Assembly (NCBI GenBank): GCA_038062915.1
Contig: JBBTWD010000016.1
Coordinates: 27,522-91,521, forward strand
Direction: 5' to 3'
DNA: 64,000 nucleotides
DNA from: Patescibacteria group bacterium
GTDB taxonomy: Bacteria; Patescibacteriota; Microgenomatia; UBA8517
Shown: positions 49,723 to 59,587 of the stretch, in pieces
How the letters are laid out: every line of letters starts with the position of its first letter
Numbering within the stretch: the stretch's first letter is position 1
The notes under the pieces: model-generated
What the model saw: the letters and a program-made list of their open reading frames with translations, nothing else
The model's database searches: none
What the model was told of the DNA's origin: nothing
Program-made: the position numbers and the translations under genes

Positions 49723-49854
49723 TTGCAACGGGCTGCTTAAACCGTTATAATTCCCCCATAACATGAAAGTGGTTAATAGGTTCAACCACAGCAGGTAGTC
49801 TTTGTTAGGATGCTTCTAATTTAGAAGCGCCTACAAGGGCGCTTTTTTTGTTTA
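49723..49854 (+). promoter_or_regulatory. rplC promoter and structured attenuator-like leader
   Basis: TTGCAA-17bp-TATAAT; hairpins at 49769-89 and 49806-33; terminator 49825-49853. Confidence 0.65.
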
Positions 49855-50574
49855 ATGACCATGCTTAATACTGTACTTGGTTCAAAACAGGGTACGAGTC
49901 AAACCTTTTTAGAAGGATTTAGAATTGCTGTGACAAAAATTACAGCTGGGCCATGTGTCGCAACTCAAGTTAAGAAAATGGAACCAGATGGTTACTGGGC
50001 GATCCAATTAGGATTTGGGACCAAAAGAATTAAGAATATAACCAAACCCCAGAAAGGTCACTTCAAAAGTTCAAATTCCACACCAAGATTCGTTAGAGAG
50101 ATTAGATTAGATAAAGAGCCAGAGACAAAAGTCGGAGATGTAATAAAAGTTTCCGACATTTTTGATATTGGGGACATTATAGCCGTAACCGGCACCTCTA
50201 AAGGGAAAGGTTTTGCGGGAGTAGTCAAACGTCACCATTTTCGGGGTGGGCCAAGAACACATGGACAGTCAGACAGGGAGCGTGCACCTGGTTCAATAAG
50301 TCAAGGAACAACCCCAGGGAGGGTCCATAGAGGTAAGAGAATGGCGGGTAGGATGGGTGGAGAAACTGTAACAGTTAAGAATCTACATATAATTTCTATC
50401 GATCCTGAAAAAAATGAACTAGTCGTTTCGGGACCGACCCCAGGAATTCCAGGATCACTTTTAACAATTAGAAAGATTAAAAAAGGAAGCTTGAAAGAAC
50501 TTGAAAAAGAAGTCGTGGCACAAGTGGTTGAAGGAGAGCCAGAGGCAGCTGCAACTAAAGATGTTAAAAATTAA
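49855..50574 (+). CDS. rplC: 50S ribosomal protein L3
   Basis: SKGKGFAGVVKR, GKRMAGRMG. Confidence 0.97.
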   Translation: MTMLNTVLGSKQGTSQTFLEGFRIAVTKITAGPCVATQVKKMEPDGYWAIQLGFGTKRIKNITKPQKGHFKSSNSTPRFVREIRLDKEPETKVGDVIKVSDIFDIGDIIAVTGTSKGKGFAGVVKRHHFRGGPRTHGQSDRERAPGSISQGTTPGRVHRGKRMAGRMGGETVTVKNLHIISIDPEKNELVVSGPTPGIPGSLLTIRKIKKGSLKELEKEVVAQVVEGEPEAAATKDVKN

Positions 50575-51163
50575 TACATATTCTATAAAAGGAACAAAAT
50601 TGGCAGACTATAGTTTACCTAAAGAGTTTGATATTAAGCCAAATTTAAACTTATTGGCTCAAGGCATCAGGGTCTATGAGGATATGTCCCATACCGGATT
50701 AAGAAAAACAAAAACAAGGGCTGAAATCAATAGAACTGGGAAAAAAGTTTATAAACAAAAAGGTACAGGTGGGGCAAGACATGGAAGTAGAAGGGCGCCA
50801 ATCTATGTTGGTGGTGGTATAGCACATGGTCCAAGGCCGATAAGAAGAATGCTATCACTTCCCGCCAAAATGAAGCTAAAAGCTAAAACGATGGCAATTT
50901 CATTTAAAGTACAAAAAAAGGAAGCCGTTTTACTTGATGGGGTCGGAAAAATTAAGAAAACAAATGAAGCTGGTAATGTTGTTAATAAACTTGGGAGAGT
51001 TAGTGGGGTTACAAGGTTTACATTTGCATTACTTAAGCACAATATTGCCTTTAGAAACATTGAAAAAGTAAATATTGTTCCGTTTAAAGATCTAAATGCT
51101 TGGCAAATATTAACAGGTGGACTTTTGGTAATCGATAAAGAAGTTTTTAACAAAAAATCATGA
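50561..51163 (+). CDS. rplD: 50S ribosomal protein L4
   Basis: KQKGTGGARHGS, GGGIAHGPRP; ATG 50561. Confidence 0.96.
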   Translation: MLKINTYSIKGTKLADYSLPKEFDIKPNLNLLAQGIRVYEDMSHTGLRKTKTRAEINRTGKKVYKQKGTGGARHGSRRAPIYVGGGIAHGPRPIRRMLSLPAKMKLKAKTMAISFKVQKKEAVLLDGVGKIKKTNEAGNVVNKLGRVSGVTRFTFALLKHNIAFRNIEKVNIVPFKDLNAWQILTGGLLVIDKEVFNKKS

Positions 51164-51441
51164 TCCAGCCAATTTTTACAGAAAAAACAACAAGGCTTGC
51201 TAAAGAAGGGAAATATACTTTTTTAGTTTCTGCCCGAGACGTTAAAAGTATGCTTAAAAGTGAAATTGCCAGCCTTTTTAAGGTTCATGTTAAAAGTATT
51301 AGAATACTTAAGACTGGAGGCGAGGCTAAAAGAAATTCAAAGGGAATAAAGGTCACTAAATTAGCTAGTAAAAAAGCGATAGTGACACTTAAAGCAGGCG
51401 AAAAAATCGACTTATTTGACGAGAAGAAGAAAAAGAAATAA
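51160..51441 (+). CDS. rplW: 50S ribosomal protein L23
   Basis: PIFTEK, KKAIVTL. Confidence 0.93.
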   Translation: MIQPIFTEKTTRLAKEGKYTFLVSARDVKSMLKSEIASLFKVHVKSIRILKTGGEAKRNSKGIKVTKLASKKAIVTLKAGEKIDLFDEKKKKK

Positions 51442-51445
51442 GAAT

Positions 51446-52192
51446 ATGATTAAAAAATTACAAACAATATTATCTAAAAAAGCAGGGAGAAGAAATGGAA
51501 AGGTGACAGTTCGTCACCAGGGTGGACGAGAAAAAAGATTTTTGCGAGAAATTGATTTTAAGAGAGATAAAAAAGATGTTTGGGGTAGGGTTGAAGGTAT
51601 TGAGTATGATCCAAACAGAAACTCAAGTATCGCTAGGATTTTATACGAAGATGGAGACAGAAGGTATATTTTAGCTCCAATAGGGTTTAAAATTGGAGAT
51701 AGGGTAATTAGTTCCAACACTGCTCCGGTTGAGCCTGGGAATAATCTTGCTTTAGCGAGTATTCCAGTGGGGACACAGGTTCACAATATTGAGCTTCGCC
51801 CAGGCAAAGGTGGCCAACTTGTTAAAAGCGCAGGTAGCGCTGCAGTTATTTTTGGAAAAGAGGAATTGTGGGTTTTAATTAAGCTACCATCGGGTGAGAT
51901 TAGAAGATTTTACCCACACTGTTTTGCCACAATAGGTCAGGTGGGAAATATTGAAGCTAAAGAAAGAGTTTGGCGCAAGGCTGGAATAAAACGTCATATG
52001 GGGATTAGGCCAACTGTAAGAGGGGTCGCGATGAATCCAGATTCTCATCCTCACGGAGGAGGAGAGGGTAGAAGCGGAATCGGTATGAAAGGTCCTAAGA
52101 CAGTTTATGGTCGAAGCGCAGTGGGTAAGACTAGACTAAAGAAAAAATATAGTAGTAAATTTATCGTTTCCGGACGTGGAGGGAAAAGATGA
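51446..52192 (+). CDS. rplB: 50S ribosomal protein L2
   Basis: [25 protein letters not shown]; ATG 51446. Confidence 0.97.
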   Translation: MIKKLQTILSKKAGRRNGKVTVRHQGGREKRFLREIDFKRDKKDVWGRVEGIEYDPNRNSSIARILYEDGDRRYILAPIGFKIGDRVISSNTAPVEPGNNLALASIPVGTQVHNIELRPGKGGQLVKSAGSAAVIFGKEELWVLIKLPSGEIRRFYPHCFATIGQVGNIEAKERVWRKAGIKRHMGIRPTVRGVAMNPDSHPHGGGEGRSGIGMKGPKTVYGRSAVGKTRLKKKYSSKFIVSGRGGKR

Positions 52193-52470
52193 GCAGAAGC
52201 ACTAAAAAGGGACCATATGTAGACATCAATCTGACTAAAAAGGTCGGGTGTGGCATGGGAACAAAAGACGCTCCTATAAAAACATGGGCAAGGGCAAGTC
52301 AAATTGCTCCGGATTTTGTGGGTAAATATTTTCAAGTTCATAACGGACGAATCTTTATAGACGTTTTTGTAACCGAAGACATGGTGGGACATAGATTGGG
52401 CGAATTTTCTCCGACCAGAACATTTAGGGGTCATGGGGAAATAGTAAAGAGAACATTAGATAAGACCTAA
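52189..52470 (+). CDS. rpsS: 30S ribosomal protein S19
   Basis: [21 protein letters not shown]. Confidence 0.97.
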   Translation: MSRSTKKGPYVDINLTKKVGCGMGTKDAPIKTWARASQIAPDFVGKYFQVHNGRIFIDVFVTEDMVGHRLGEFSPTRTFRGHGEIVKRTLDKT

Positions 52471-52471
52471 A

Positions 52472-52870
52472 ATGGAAAAGGATTTTATTTCAACACAAAA
52501 ATATCTAATAGTCGGGCCAAGAAAGGTCAGGGATGTAGTTGCATTAATTAAAAAACTTAAACCATTGGACGCCATAGCAAAATTAGAATTTATTAATAAA
52601 AAGTCATCTGATTTTTTGATTAAAGTCATTAAAACCGCAATTGCTCAAGCTAAGGTTGCAGGGGTTACCGATACTGACTTAATTTTTAAAGAAATTCAAA
52701 TTGGGGAAGGACCAAGGCTTAAGAGGGGGCGTCCTGCTTCAAGAGGAAGATGGCATCCTTACAAAAAGAGAATGTGTCACGTTAGAGTCGTATTGACAAC
52801 GCGCGAAGTACCAAAAGTAGAAAAAGTATCAAAAGCCAAAAAAACAAAGAAAGATGTCACACAAAGTTAA
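52472..52870 (+). CDS. rplV: 50S ribosomal protein L22
   Basis: PRKVR, GEGPRLKR, RGR. Confidence 0.93.
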   Translation: MEKDFISTQKYLIVGPRKVRDVVALIKKLKPLDAIAKLEFINKKSSDFLIKVIKTAIAQAKVAGVTDTDLIFKEIQIGEGPRLKRGRPASRGRWHPYKKRMCHVRVVLTTREVPKVEKVSKAKKTKKDVTQS

Positions 52871-53486
52871 CCCAGTCGGTATAAGAATCGGAACATTTTT
52901 GCCTTGGAAATCAAGGTGGTTTGCCAATAATACGAATTTCAAAGACTTTCTAATTGAAGACATAAAGATTAGAAAAGGTTTAATGGAAAAACTTAAGCTC
53001 GCTGGAGTTACATCAGTCGAGATCGAAAGATTGCCAAAAAGTATGGTAATAAATATCTTTGTTAGCCGACCAGGGGTAGTTATCGGCAGGGGTGGCGCTG
53101 GAATTGAAGATGTTAAAAAATTAGTATTAAAGTTTGCCAAAAATCCAAGTCACAAAATTGATATAAGAATTAATGAAATAAAAAGTCCAGAACTTTCGGC
53201 GTATTTAGTTTTGGGTAGAATTATATCGGAGCTTGAAAGAAGAATTCCACATAGGCGTGTTGTTCAAAAAACAATGGAACGAGTTATGTCTGCTGGAGCT
53301 TTGGGCGTTAAAGTCACACTAGGAGGACGGATTAATGGGGCTGAAATTGGTAGGGTTGAAAAATTTCATCAAGGATCAGTACCAAGCCAAACCTTGAGAG
53401 AAGAAATAGATTATGCCCAAATGCCAGCCCTACTTAAAAGAGGCTATGTAGGTGTAAAAGTTTGGATTCATAAAAAGAAAGATTAA
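52854..53486 (+). CDS. rpsC: 30S ribosomal protein S3
   Basis: KVNPVGIR, RPGVVIGRGG, GRINGAEI. Confidence 0.97.
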   Translation: MSHKVNPVGIRIGTFLPWKSRWFANNTNFKDFLIEDIKIRKGLMEKLKLAGVTSVEIERLPKSMVINIFVSRPGVVIGRGGAGIEDVKKLVLKFAKNPSHKIDIRINEIKSPELSAYLVLGRIISELERRIPHRRVVQKTMERVMSAGALGVKVTLGGRINGAEIGRVEKFHQGSVPSQTLREEIDYAQMPALLKRGYVGVKVWIHKKKD

Positions 53487-53506
53487 TCACGATTTCTAAT
53501 CGAACA

Positions 53507-53920
53507 ATGTTACAACCAAAAAGAAGGACATATATAAAAGATTTTAGGGGCAGGAGAAGGGGGGTCGCATCCAGGGGGAGCGCTATTGCCTTTGGTGAAT
53601 ATGCTCTAAAGGCTCAAGAAGTTGCTTGGGTGACAACAGCTCAAATCGAAGCCGCACGTCGGGCCATAACACATGCTTTAAGAAAAGGTGGACGTGTTTG
53701 GATAAGAATCTTTCCAGATAAGCCGATTTCAGCTCGTCCTGCAGGAAAAAGAATGGGTGGCGGAAAAGGCGATATCTCAACATATGTTGCAGTTGTTAGA
53801 CCTGGAGTGATTCTTTTTGAGGTAGCTGGAGCCGAGAAAAGTATAGTTGTCGATGCATTTAACAAAGCATCTGCTAAACTACCCATTGCGACAAAAATTA
53901 TAAGCCGAGAGGAAAACTAA
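53507..53920 (+). CDS. rplP: 50S ribosomal protein L16
   Basis: MLQPKR, WIRIFPDKP, RMGGGKG. Confidence 0.97.
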   Translation: MLQPKRRTYIKDFRGRRRGVASRGSAIAFGEYALKAQEVAWVTTAQIEAARRAITHALRKGGRVWIRIFPDKPISARPAGKRMGGGKGDISTYVAVVRPGVILFEVAGAEKSIVVDAFNKASAKLPIATKIISREEN

Positions 53921-53921
53921 G

Positions 53922-54071
53922 ATGAAAAAGAAAGATTTATTAGATTATCGAACAAAAGAAATTAAAGATTTAATAAAGCTTGTGGTTGAAAAGAAACTGG
54001 TGCCATCTAAAAATTCTAGACGTGAAGTTGCACAAATTTTAACAATTATTAAAGAAAAACAGCTCAAATGA
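53922..54071 (+). CDS. rpmC: 50S ribosomal protein L29 (short, 49 aa)
   Basis: Manual translation MKKKDLLDYRTKEIKDL...RREVAQILTII, between rplP and rpsQ. Confidence 0.8.
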   Translation: MKKKDLLDYRTKEIKDLIKLVVEKKLVPSKNSRREVAQILTIIKEKQLK

Positions 54072-54286
54072 AAATATTTACGGGTCAAGTAATCGCATTA
54101 AAAAATGAAAAAACAGCTACTGTGTCAGTCGCTAGGGTTACAGTGCATCCTTTATATAAGAAAAGATTAAGAAGGCTAAAGAAATATCAAGTCCATGATG
54201 AAATTGAAACAAAAATTGGGGACAAGGTCAGTTTTATTGCCAGTAAACCCTACAGTAAGACGAAGAAGTGGAGGATTATCAAATGA
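54068..54286 (+). CDS. rpsQ: 30S ribosomal protein S17
   Basis: HPLYKK, VHDE, KPYSKTKKW. Confidence 0.95.
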   Translation: MKIFTGQVIALKNEKTATVSVARVTVHPLYKKRLRRLKKYQVHDEIETKIGDKVSFIASKPYSKTKKWRIIK

Positions 54287-54648
54287 TACAGTTGAGATCA
54301 ATATTAAAACCAGCAGACAATAGTGGCGCCAAAAGGCTTATGGTAATAGGATTACCCGGGAAAATAGGCAAATTCGCGTCATTGGGTGATGTTGTCTTAT
54401 GTGTTACTCAAGGAGCTGATTCGGCCGGGGCGGTACTGGACCATGAAAAAGTATCAGTTTTAATTGTTAGAACGAGGAAAGAGGTAGGTAGGAAAGATGG
54501 AACTTATGTTCGGTTTGATGATAACGCAGGTGTAGTTATCGATAAACAGGGGCTTCCTCGTGGAACGCGTATATTTGGCCCAGTTGCCCGTGAAGTCAAA
54601 GAAGTTGGATACAATAAAATCGCTTCGTTAGCAAGGGAGGTTGTATGA
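54283..54648 (+). CDS. rplN: 50S ribosomal protein L14
   Basis: ADNSGAK, FDDNA, GTRIFGPVARE; ATG 54283. Confidence 0.97.
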   Translation: MIQLRSILKPADNSGAKRLMVIGLPGKIGKFASLGDVVLCVTQGADSAGAVLDHEKVSVLIVRTRKEVGRKDGTYVRFDDNAGVVIDKQGLPRGTRIFGPVAREVKEVGYNKIASLAREVV

Positions 54649-54953
54649 TCAAATTTAAATTGGGCGACAATGTAAGGATTATGACTGGAAAAGACAAAGG
54701 CAGAGAGGGAAAAATTGAGAAAATTTTTCCTAAAGAGGCCAAAGTTTTGATCCCTGGAATGAATATTTACAAGAAACATGTTAAAGGTGTGGGGGAAGTT
54801 AAGGGTGGAATTTACGACTTACCACGCCCCATTGGATTGGGTAAAATAGCTTTGGTTTGTCCCAAATGCAAAAAGATTACAAGAGTTGGTTTTCGAATGG
54901 CAGGTAGTCAAAAAGTTAGAATATGTAAGAAGTGTAAAAAGGAAATATCATGA
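54645..54953 (+). CDS. rplX: 50S ribosomal protein L24
   Basis: KOW motif GDNVRIMTGKDKG; two CxxC. Confidence 0.95.
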   Translation: MIKFKLGDNVRIMTGKDKGREGKIEKIFPKEAKVLIPGMNIYKKHVKGVGEVKGGIYDLPRPIGLGKIALVCPKCKKITRVGFRMAGSQKVRICKKCKKEIS

Positions 54954-55468
54954 GCAGACTTAAAGACAAATATATAAAAGGGTTTAATCCTAAAGAAGAT
55001 CTTTCATTTCCAAAGCTTGTGAAGGTTACCTTAAATTTAGGTATAGGCAATATTGCTAAAAATGCCCCTGCTCTTGAGGTTTTGAAAAAAGACATCGCAG
55101 CAATTTCGGGCCAGATGCCATCAATTAGACCAGCTAAGGTTTCTATTGCAAGTTTTGGAATAAGGGCTGGAATGCCAGTTGGATTATCAGTGACCTTAAG
55201 AGGAGAAAGAATGTATTCTTTCTTGGACCGTCTTTTTTCCATAGTTCTCCCTCGGCTTAGAGATTTTAGAGGAATTCCAACTAAATCGTTTGATAGCTTT
55301 GGCAACTATACTTTAGGTTTAGCCGAACATACAGTTTTTCCAGAAATTGATACTGCAAAAGGAAATAACCCGCATGGCATGGAAATTACAATTGTGACAA
55401 CTGCAAAAAATAAAGAAGACGCTAGAAAACTTTTAGAACTTTTAGGTTGTCCCTTTGAAAAACCATGA
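54950..55468 (+). CDS. rplE: 50S ribosomal protein L5
   Basis: [23 protein letters not shown]. Confidence 0.97.
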   Translation: MSRLKDKYIKGFNPKEDLSFPKLVKVTLNLGIGNIAKNAPALEVLKKDIAAISGQMPSIRPAKVSIASFGIRAGMPVGLSVTLRGERMYSFLDRLFSIVLPRLRDFRGIPTKSFDSFGNYTLGLAEHTVFPEIDTAKGNNPHGMEITIVTTAKNKEDARKLLELLGCPFEKP

Positions 55469-55650
55469 GTACAGTAGCTAAAGAAGTCCGAGAGACTAAA
55501 AAATTAAAATATAAAGGCCGATATAGAAATAGATGTAGAATTTGTGGCAGAGGCCGTGGATATCTAAGGAAATTTGGTCTATGTCGTCTATGTTTCCGTG
55601 AACACGCATTAAAAGGGGAAGTCCCAGGCGTTAGAAAGGCATCATGGTAG
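55465..55650 (+). CDS. rpsN: 30S ribosomal protein S14 (Zn-binding type)
   Basis: [23 protein letters not shown]. Confidence 0.96.
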   Translation: MSTVAKEVRETKKLKYKGRYRNRCRICGRGRGYLRKFGLCRLCFREHALKGEVPGVRKASW

Positions 55651-55997
55651 CCGACTTTTTAATTCGAATAAAAAATGCTGTTATGGCAAAAAATAAAGAA
55701 GTGAAAATTGTATCAAACAAGCATGTTTTGGCTGTGGCCAATTCTCTTAAAAAATTAGGTTTTTTGGAGAAAGTTGAGGCTGATAAGGTGACACTTTCCT
55801 TTATGGACAAAAAACCGATTCTTATGGATATAAAACTTGTATCAAAACCTGGGCGAAGAATTTATATTGGAGCTCGTGAGTTGGAAAAAAGAAAGAAGCC
55901 ATCAATTCTTTTGATATCTACTCCTATAGGGATAATTTCGTCTAAACAAGCTTTGAAAAGTAGGATTGGAGGGGAGGTATTAGCTGAAGTACTATAA
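55644..55997 (+). CDS. rpsH: 30S ribosomal protein S8
   Basis: [23 protein letters not shown]. Confidence 0.95.
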   Translation: MVADFLIRIKNAVMAKNKEVKIVSNKHVLAVANSLKKLGFLEKVEADKVTLSFMDKKPILMDIKLVSKPGRRIYIGARELEKRKKPSILLISTPIGIISSKQALKSRIGGEVLAEVL

Positions 55998-56015
55998 TTT
56001 CAGCGAAATTAAATC

Positions 56016-56567
56016 ATGAGTAAAATAGGCAAACAACCGGTATTAATTCCAGAGGGTGTAAAAGTAGAACTAAATGATAAATTGGTTAGGATTACTGGTC
56101 CCAAAGGAACCCTAGAGAGAAAGTTACCTCGTGCGATTGAGGTGGTTTTCAAGGATGGCCAGATTGATGTTAAAAGGAAGTCAAATTCGAAAGTAGCTAC
56201 AAGCTTACATGGAACAATCCGTTCACTAATAAACAATATGGTTAAGGGTGTAACAGAGGGCTTTATTCGTCAGCTAGAGCTTATTGGAACCGGTTTTAGA
56301 GCAGAGGTTGTGGGTAGTGATATATCGCTTATTGTGGGTTATTCACACCCTGTTAAAATTCAAGCTCCCGAAGGAGTTAACTTTAAGGTTGAAAAAATGA
56401 TAATTACAGTTAGCGGATTTGATAAAGAGGTGGTTGGTCAAGTAGCTGCCAATGTAAGAGCTGTAAGGCCACCCGAGCCATATAAAGGAAAAGGAATTAA
56501 ATATGTGGAAGAGGTTATAAGAAGAAAGCCTGGTAAAGCAGCAGCAGCTAAAACCACAGTAGCCTAA
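56016..56567 (+). CDS. rplF: 50S ribosomal protein L6
   Basis: [21 protein letters not shown]. Confidence 0.97.
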   Translation: MSKIGKQPVLIPEGVKVELNDKLVRITGPKGTLERKLPRAIEVVFKDGQIDVKRKSNSKVATSLHGTIRSLINNMVKGVTEGFIRQLELIGTGFRAEVVGSDISLIVGYSHPVKIQAPEGVNFKVEKMIITVSGFDKEVVGQVAANVRAVRPPEPYKGKGIKYVEEVIRRKPGKAAAAKTTVA

Positions 56568-56571
56568 TATT

Positions 56572-56886
56572 ATGGAAATAAAAAGAAAGAGATATATACA
56601 AAGGAAAAGAAGGGTACGCTCAAGGATCGAAGGATCACCCGAGAGGCCCAGGCTTTCTGTTTTTAGATCTAATAAATATGTTTATGCTCAAATAATCGAT
56701 GACATTAAGGGTGTAACTTTGGTGTCGGCTCATGGAATTGATCCCAAAAGTGTAGGTGAGGAAATTGCCAAAAAGGCAATAAAAAAGAAAATAGAAAGCG
56801 TTGTTTTTGATAGAGGAGGTTTTAAGTATCATGGAAGGGTAATGGCTGTAGCTGTTGCAGCAAGAGAGGGGGGACTTAAATTATGA
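56572..56886 (+). CDS. rplR: 50S ribosomal protein L18
   Basis: [23 protein letters not shown]. Confidence 0.96.
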   Translation: MEIKRKRYIQRKRRVRSRIEGSPERPRLSVFRSNKYVYAQIIDDIKGVTLVSAHGIDPKSVGEEIAKKAIKKKIESVVFDRGGFKYHGRVMAVAVAAREGGLKL

Positions 56887-57377
56887 TGAGAAGACAATAT
56901 AATAACCAGAATCAGTTTGCCTTTAGTGAATTTGAAGAAACAGTTGTTCAAATAAATAGAATTTCTAAAAAAACCAAAGGAGGAAATCAAATCCGTTTTT
57001 CTGCGCTTGTTGTGGTTGGAGATAAAAAAGGAAAGGTGGGTGTGGGACTGGCTAAGGCCACGGACGTTCGAAATGCAATTAGGAAGGCAATCGAGGCCGC
57101 TAAAAGAAAAATGATTAAAGTCCCGCTTGCTGGTACTACTGTACCTTATTCCGTAAATGAGAAATTTTCAGCAGCTAGAGTACTTGTTAAGCCAGCTCCT
57201 CCTGGAAGCGGTATTATTGCCGGAGGGCCAATGAGGGTAGTTTTGGAGGCGGCTGGAATAAGAGACGTGGTAGGTAAGATATTGGGTACAAAAAATAAAA
57301 TTTCTAATGTTTATGCAACCCTAAAAGCGCTATCATCAATCTATGCAATTGCCAAAAGTCGTAACAAAATCGAATAA
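56883..57377 (+). CDS. rpsE: 30S ribosomal protein S5
   Basis: [22 protein letters not shown]. Confidence 0.97.
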   Translation: MMRRQYNNQNQFAFSEFEETVVQINRISKKTKGGNQIRFSALVVVGDKKGKVGVGLAKATDVRNAIRKAIEAAKRKMIKVPLAGTTVPYSVNEKFSAARVLVKPAPPGSGIIAGGPMRVVLEAAGIRDVVGKILGTKNKISNVYATLKALSSIYAIAKSRNKIE

Positions 57378-57759
57378 AAGAGTTGGCCGCGGAATAGGAT
57401 CCGGAAAAGGAGGCCATACTTCTGGTCGTGGACAAAAAGGTCAAAGAAGTAGGGGGAAAATCGGAATTTTATTTGAAGGAGTAAAAATGAAGAAGTCGCT
57501 TATTAAAAGACTTCCTCTTTCTCGTGGTAAAGGAAAATTTAAATCAAAGAATGGGCCAATTGTAGTCAACATGGAAGTCTTAAATATTATGCCTACTGGG
57601 TCAATTGTTAATATCGAGAGCTTGGTTAAGGCAGGAATTGTAGATAGTAAGGATGCTAAAAAATATGGAGTTAAAATATTAGGTAAGGGAACACTTACTA
57701 AAAAATTAAAAATAGAACTTCCCATGTCCAAGTCAGTTGCCAAAAGACTAGCTAAATGA
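57343..57759 (+). CDS. rplO: 50S ribosomal protein L15
   Basis: RVGRGIGSGKG, GRGQKGQ, VKILGKG. Confidence 0.95.
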   Translation: MQLPKVVTKSNKRVGRGIGSGKGGHTSGRGQKGQRSRGKIGILFEGVKMKKSLIKRLPLSRGKGKFKSKNGPIVVNMEVLNIMPTGSIVNIESLVKAGIVDSKDAKKYGVKILGKGTLTKKLKIELPMSKSVAKRLAK

Positions 57760-59039
57760 TTCAATCTATTGCCCATTTCTTTTTAAAAGTAGTAAAGTCC
57801 CCCTCTATTAGGAGAAAACTGTTTATTACTGGAATAATTTTGATGGTTTTTCGCTTGGCGGCCCATATCCCAGCTGCGGGGATAGATAGAACTACACTTT
57901 CAGCGCTTTTTGCAGGAAGCCCGCTTCTATCACTACTCGATGTTTTTTCTGGGGGAACACTGGCCAATTTTTCTGTACTAGCATTGGGTCTAAACCCTTA
58001 TATTAATGCTTCTATTATTTTTCAACTTTTAGGCTACGTAGTTCCAAGTATTGAAGCGCTTCAAAAAGAGGGAGAGTATGGTCAGGAAAAAATAAATCAA
58101 TACACAAGACTTTTAAGTGTCCCCTTGGCGGCACTTCAAGCGTTTGGAATGTATGCTCTCCTTAAGGGTCAGAATATCATTCCAAATTTATCAACAATTT
58201 CACTCATTTCTTTGATTTTGACAATGGTTGCGGGTACCGTTTTTGCCGTTTGGTTGGGAGAGTTGATCACAGAGTATGGATTTAAAAATGGGATATCCAT
58301 CCTAATATTTACGGGGATAGTAGCAAGGCTCCCCGTTACCCTTGGGCAATCTGCTAGTATCATCGGGTCGGCAGATGTAATTAAGGTGGTTATATTTTTG
58401 GTTGCAGCCATAATCGTTGTGGGGCTAATTGTTTTTATGGGTGAAGCAGCTCGCCAAATCCCCATTCAATATGCCAGAAAGAGAACTGCTGGTGGCCTTC
58501 CATCTTCTTCTTATTTGCCTTTAAGATTAAACCAGGCAGGAGTGATACCAATTATATTTGCGGTATCTTTGGTTTTACTACCATCACTTTTGGGCCAATT
58601 TTTGGGAAATTCAGCCAATCCTAATATTGCAAATTTTGCTAGAGGTATTAGTACTGCATTTGATCCCCAAGGAGTTGTCTATAATCTTATATATTTCCTT
58701 TTGGTTTTTGGTTTCACATACTTCTATACTGCTATAGTTTTTAATCCAGATAAAATATCTGAAAATTTACAAAAAGGAGGTGGATTTGTTCCTGGAATCC
58801 GGCCGGGTCCCGAAACTGCTAAATATCTTTCTTTCGTGTTATCTAGAATTACTGTGGTTGGAGGGGTATTTTTGGGGCTTGTTGCGGTTTTGCCATCATT
58901 TTTCCAGAATTTTATTGGTGTAGCTAATTTAGCAATAGGAGGGACTGGGATTTTGATTGTGGTTTCTGTGGTTCTTGAGATGATTCGGGAAATGGAAGGT
59001 GAACTTGTTATGGGTAGCTACGACAAGTTAATTAGATGA
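57756..59039 (+). CDS. secY: Preprotein translocase SecY
   Basis: PYINASII, AGVIPIIFA, PGIRPG, GGTGILIVV. Confidence 0.98.
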   Translation: MIQSIAHFFLKVVKSPSIRRKLFITGIILMVFRLAAHIPAAGIDRTTLSALFAGSPLLSLLDVFSGGTLANFSVLALGLNPYINASIIFQLLGYVVPSIEALQKEGEYGQEKINQYTRLLSVPLAALQAFGMYALLKGQNIIPNLSTISLISLILTMVAGTVFAVWLGELITEYGFKNGISILIFTGIVARLPVTLGQSASIIGSADVIKVVIFLVAAIIVVGLIVFMGEAARQIPIQYARKRTAGGLPSSSYLPLRLNQAGVIPIIFAVSLVLLPSLLGQFLGNSANPNIANFARGISTAFDPQGVVYNLIYFLLVFGFTYFYTAIVFNPDKISENLQKGGGFVPGIRPGPETAKYLSFVLSRITVVGGVFLGLVAVLPSFFQNFIGVANLAIGGTGILIVVSVVLEMIREMEGELVMGSYDKLIR

Positions 59040-59587
59040 ACTTATTGATATTAGGCCCCCAAGGATCGGGTAAAGGAACGCAAGCTAAAATATTAGTAGA
59101 GAAATTTGGTTTTTTTTATCTGGAATCTGGTGAATTTTTGAGAGAAATTGCAGTAAGTAATGATGTCTTAAAAAAAATGATGGATGAGGGACTGTTTGTT
59201 CCAGATAATGAAATGGTTTCCTATATTACGGCCTTCTTAGATTCAAAGGGAATTTATGGCAATATACTTTTCGACGGTTTTCCAAGAAATATTGAGCAGT
59301 ATAAATTTCTTAAAAATTGGCTAAATGATAAACAAGTAGTGATTGATCTTGTTTTAGTCTTAAAAATAGACGAAGAAGAGTCGGTCGAAAGGTTAATTTT
59401 AAGAGGGAGAGAAGATGACAATCTAGACTCAATTAAAAAAAGGCTATCTCTTTATACTCAAAAAACTGAAATTTTAATTCAAGAATTAAAGAAAGAAATT
59501 AAAGTGGTTGAAGTTGATGGAGAAAGATCGGTTGAAGCGATTTCTGGTGATTTAATTAAGATTATCAATGATATCAATCAAAACTGA
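59036..59587 (+). CDS. adk: Adenylate kinase (short LID)
   Basis: GPQGSGKGTQ, DGFPR, RGREDD. Confidence 0.92.
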   Translation: MNLLILGPQGSGKGTQAKILVEKFGFFYLESGEFLREIAVSNDVLKKMMDEGLFVPDNEMVSYITAFLDSKGIYGNILFDGFPRNIEQYKFLKNWLNDKQVVIDLVLVLKIDEEESVERLILRGREDDNLDSIKKRLSLYTQKTEILIQELKKEIKVVEVDGERSVEAISGDLIKIINDINQN

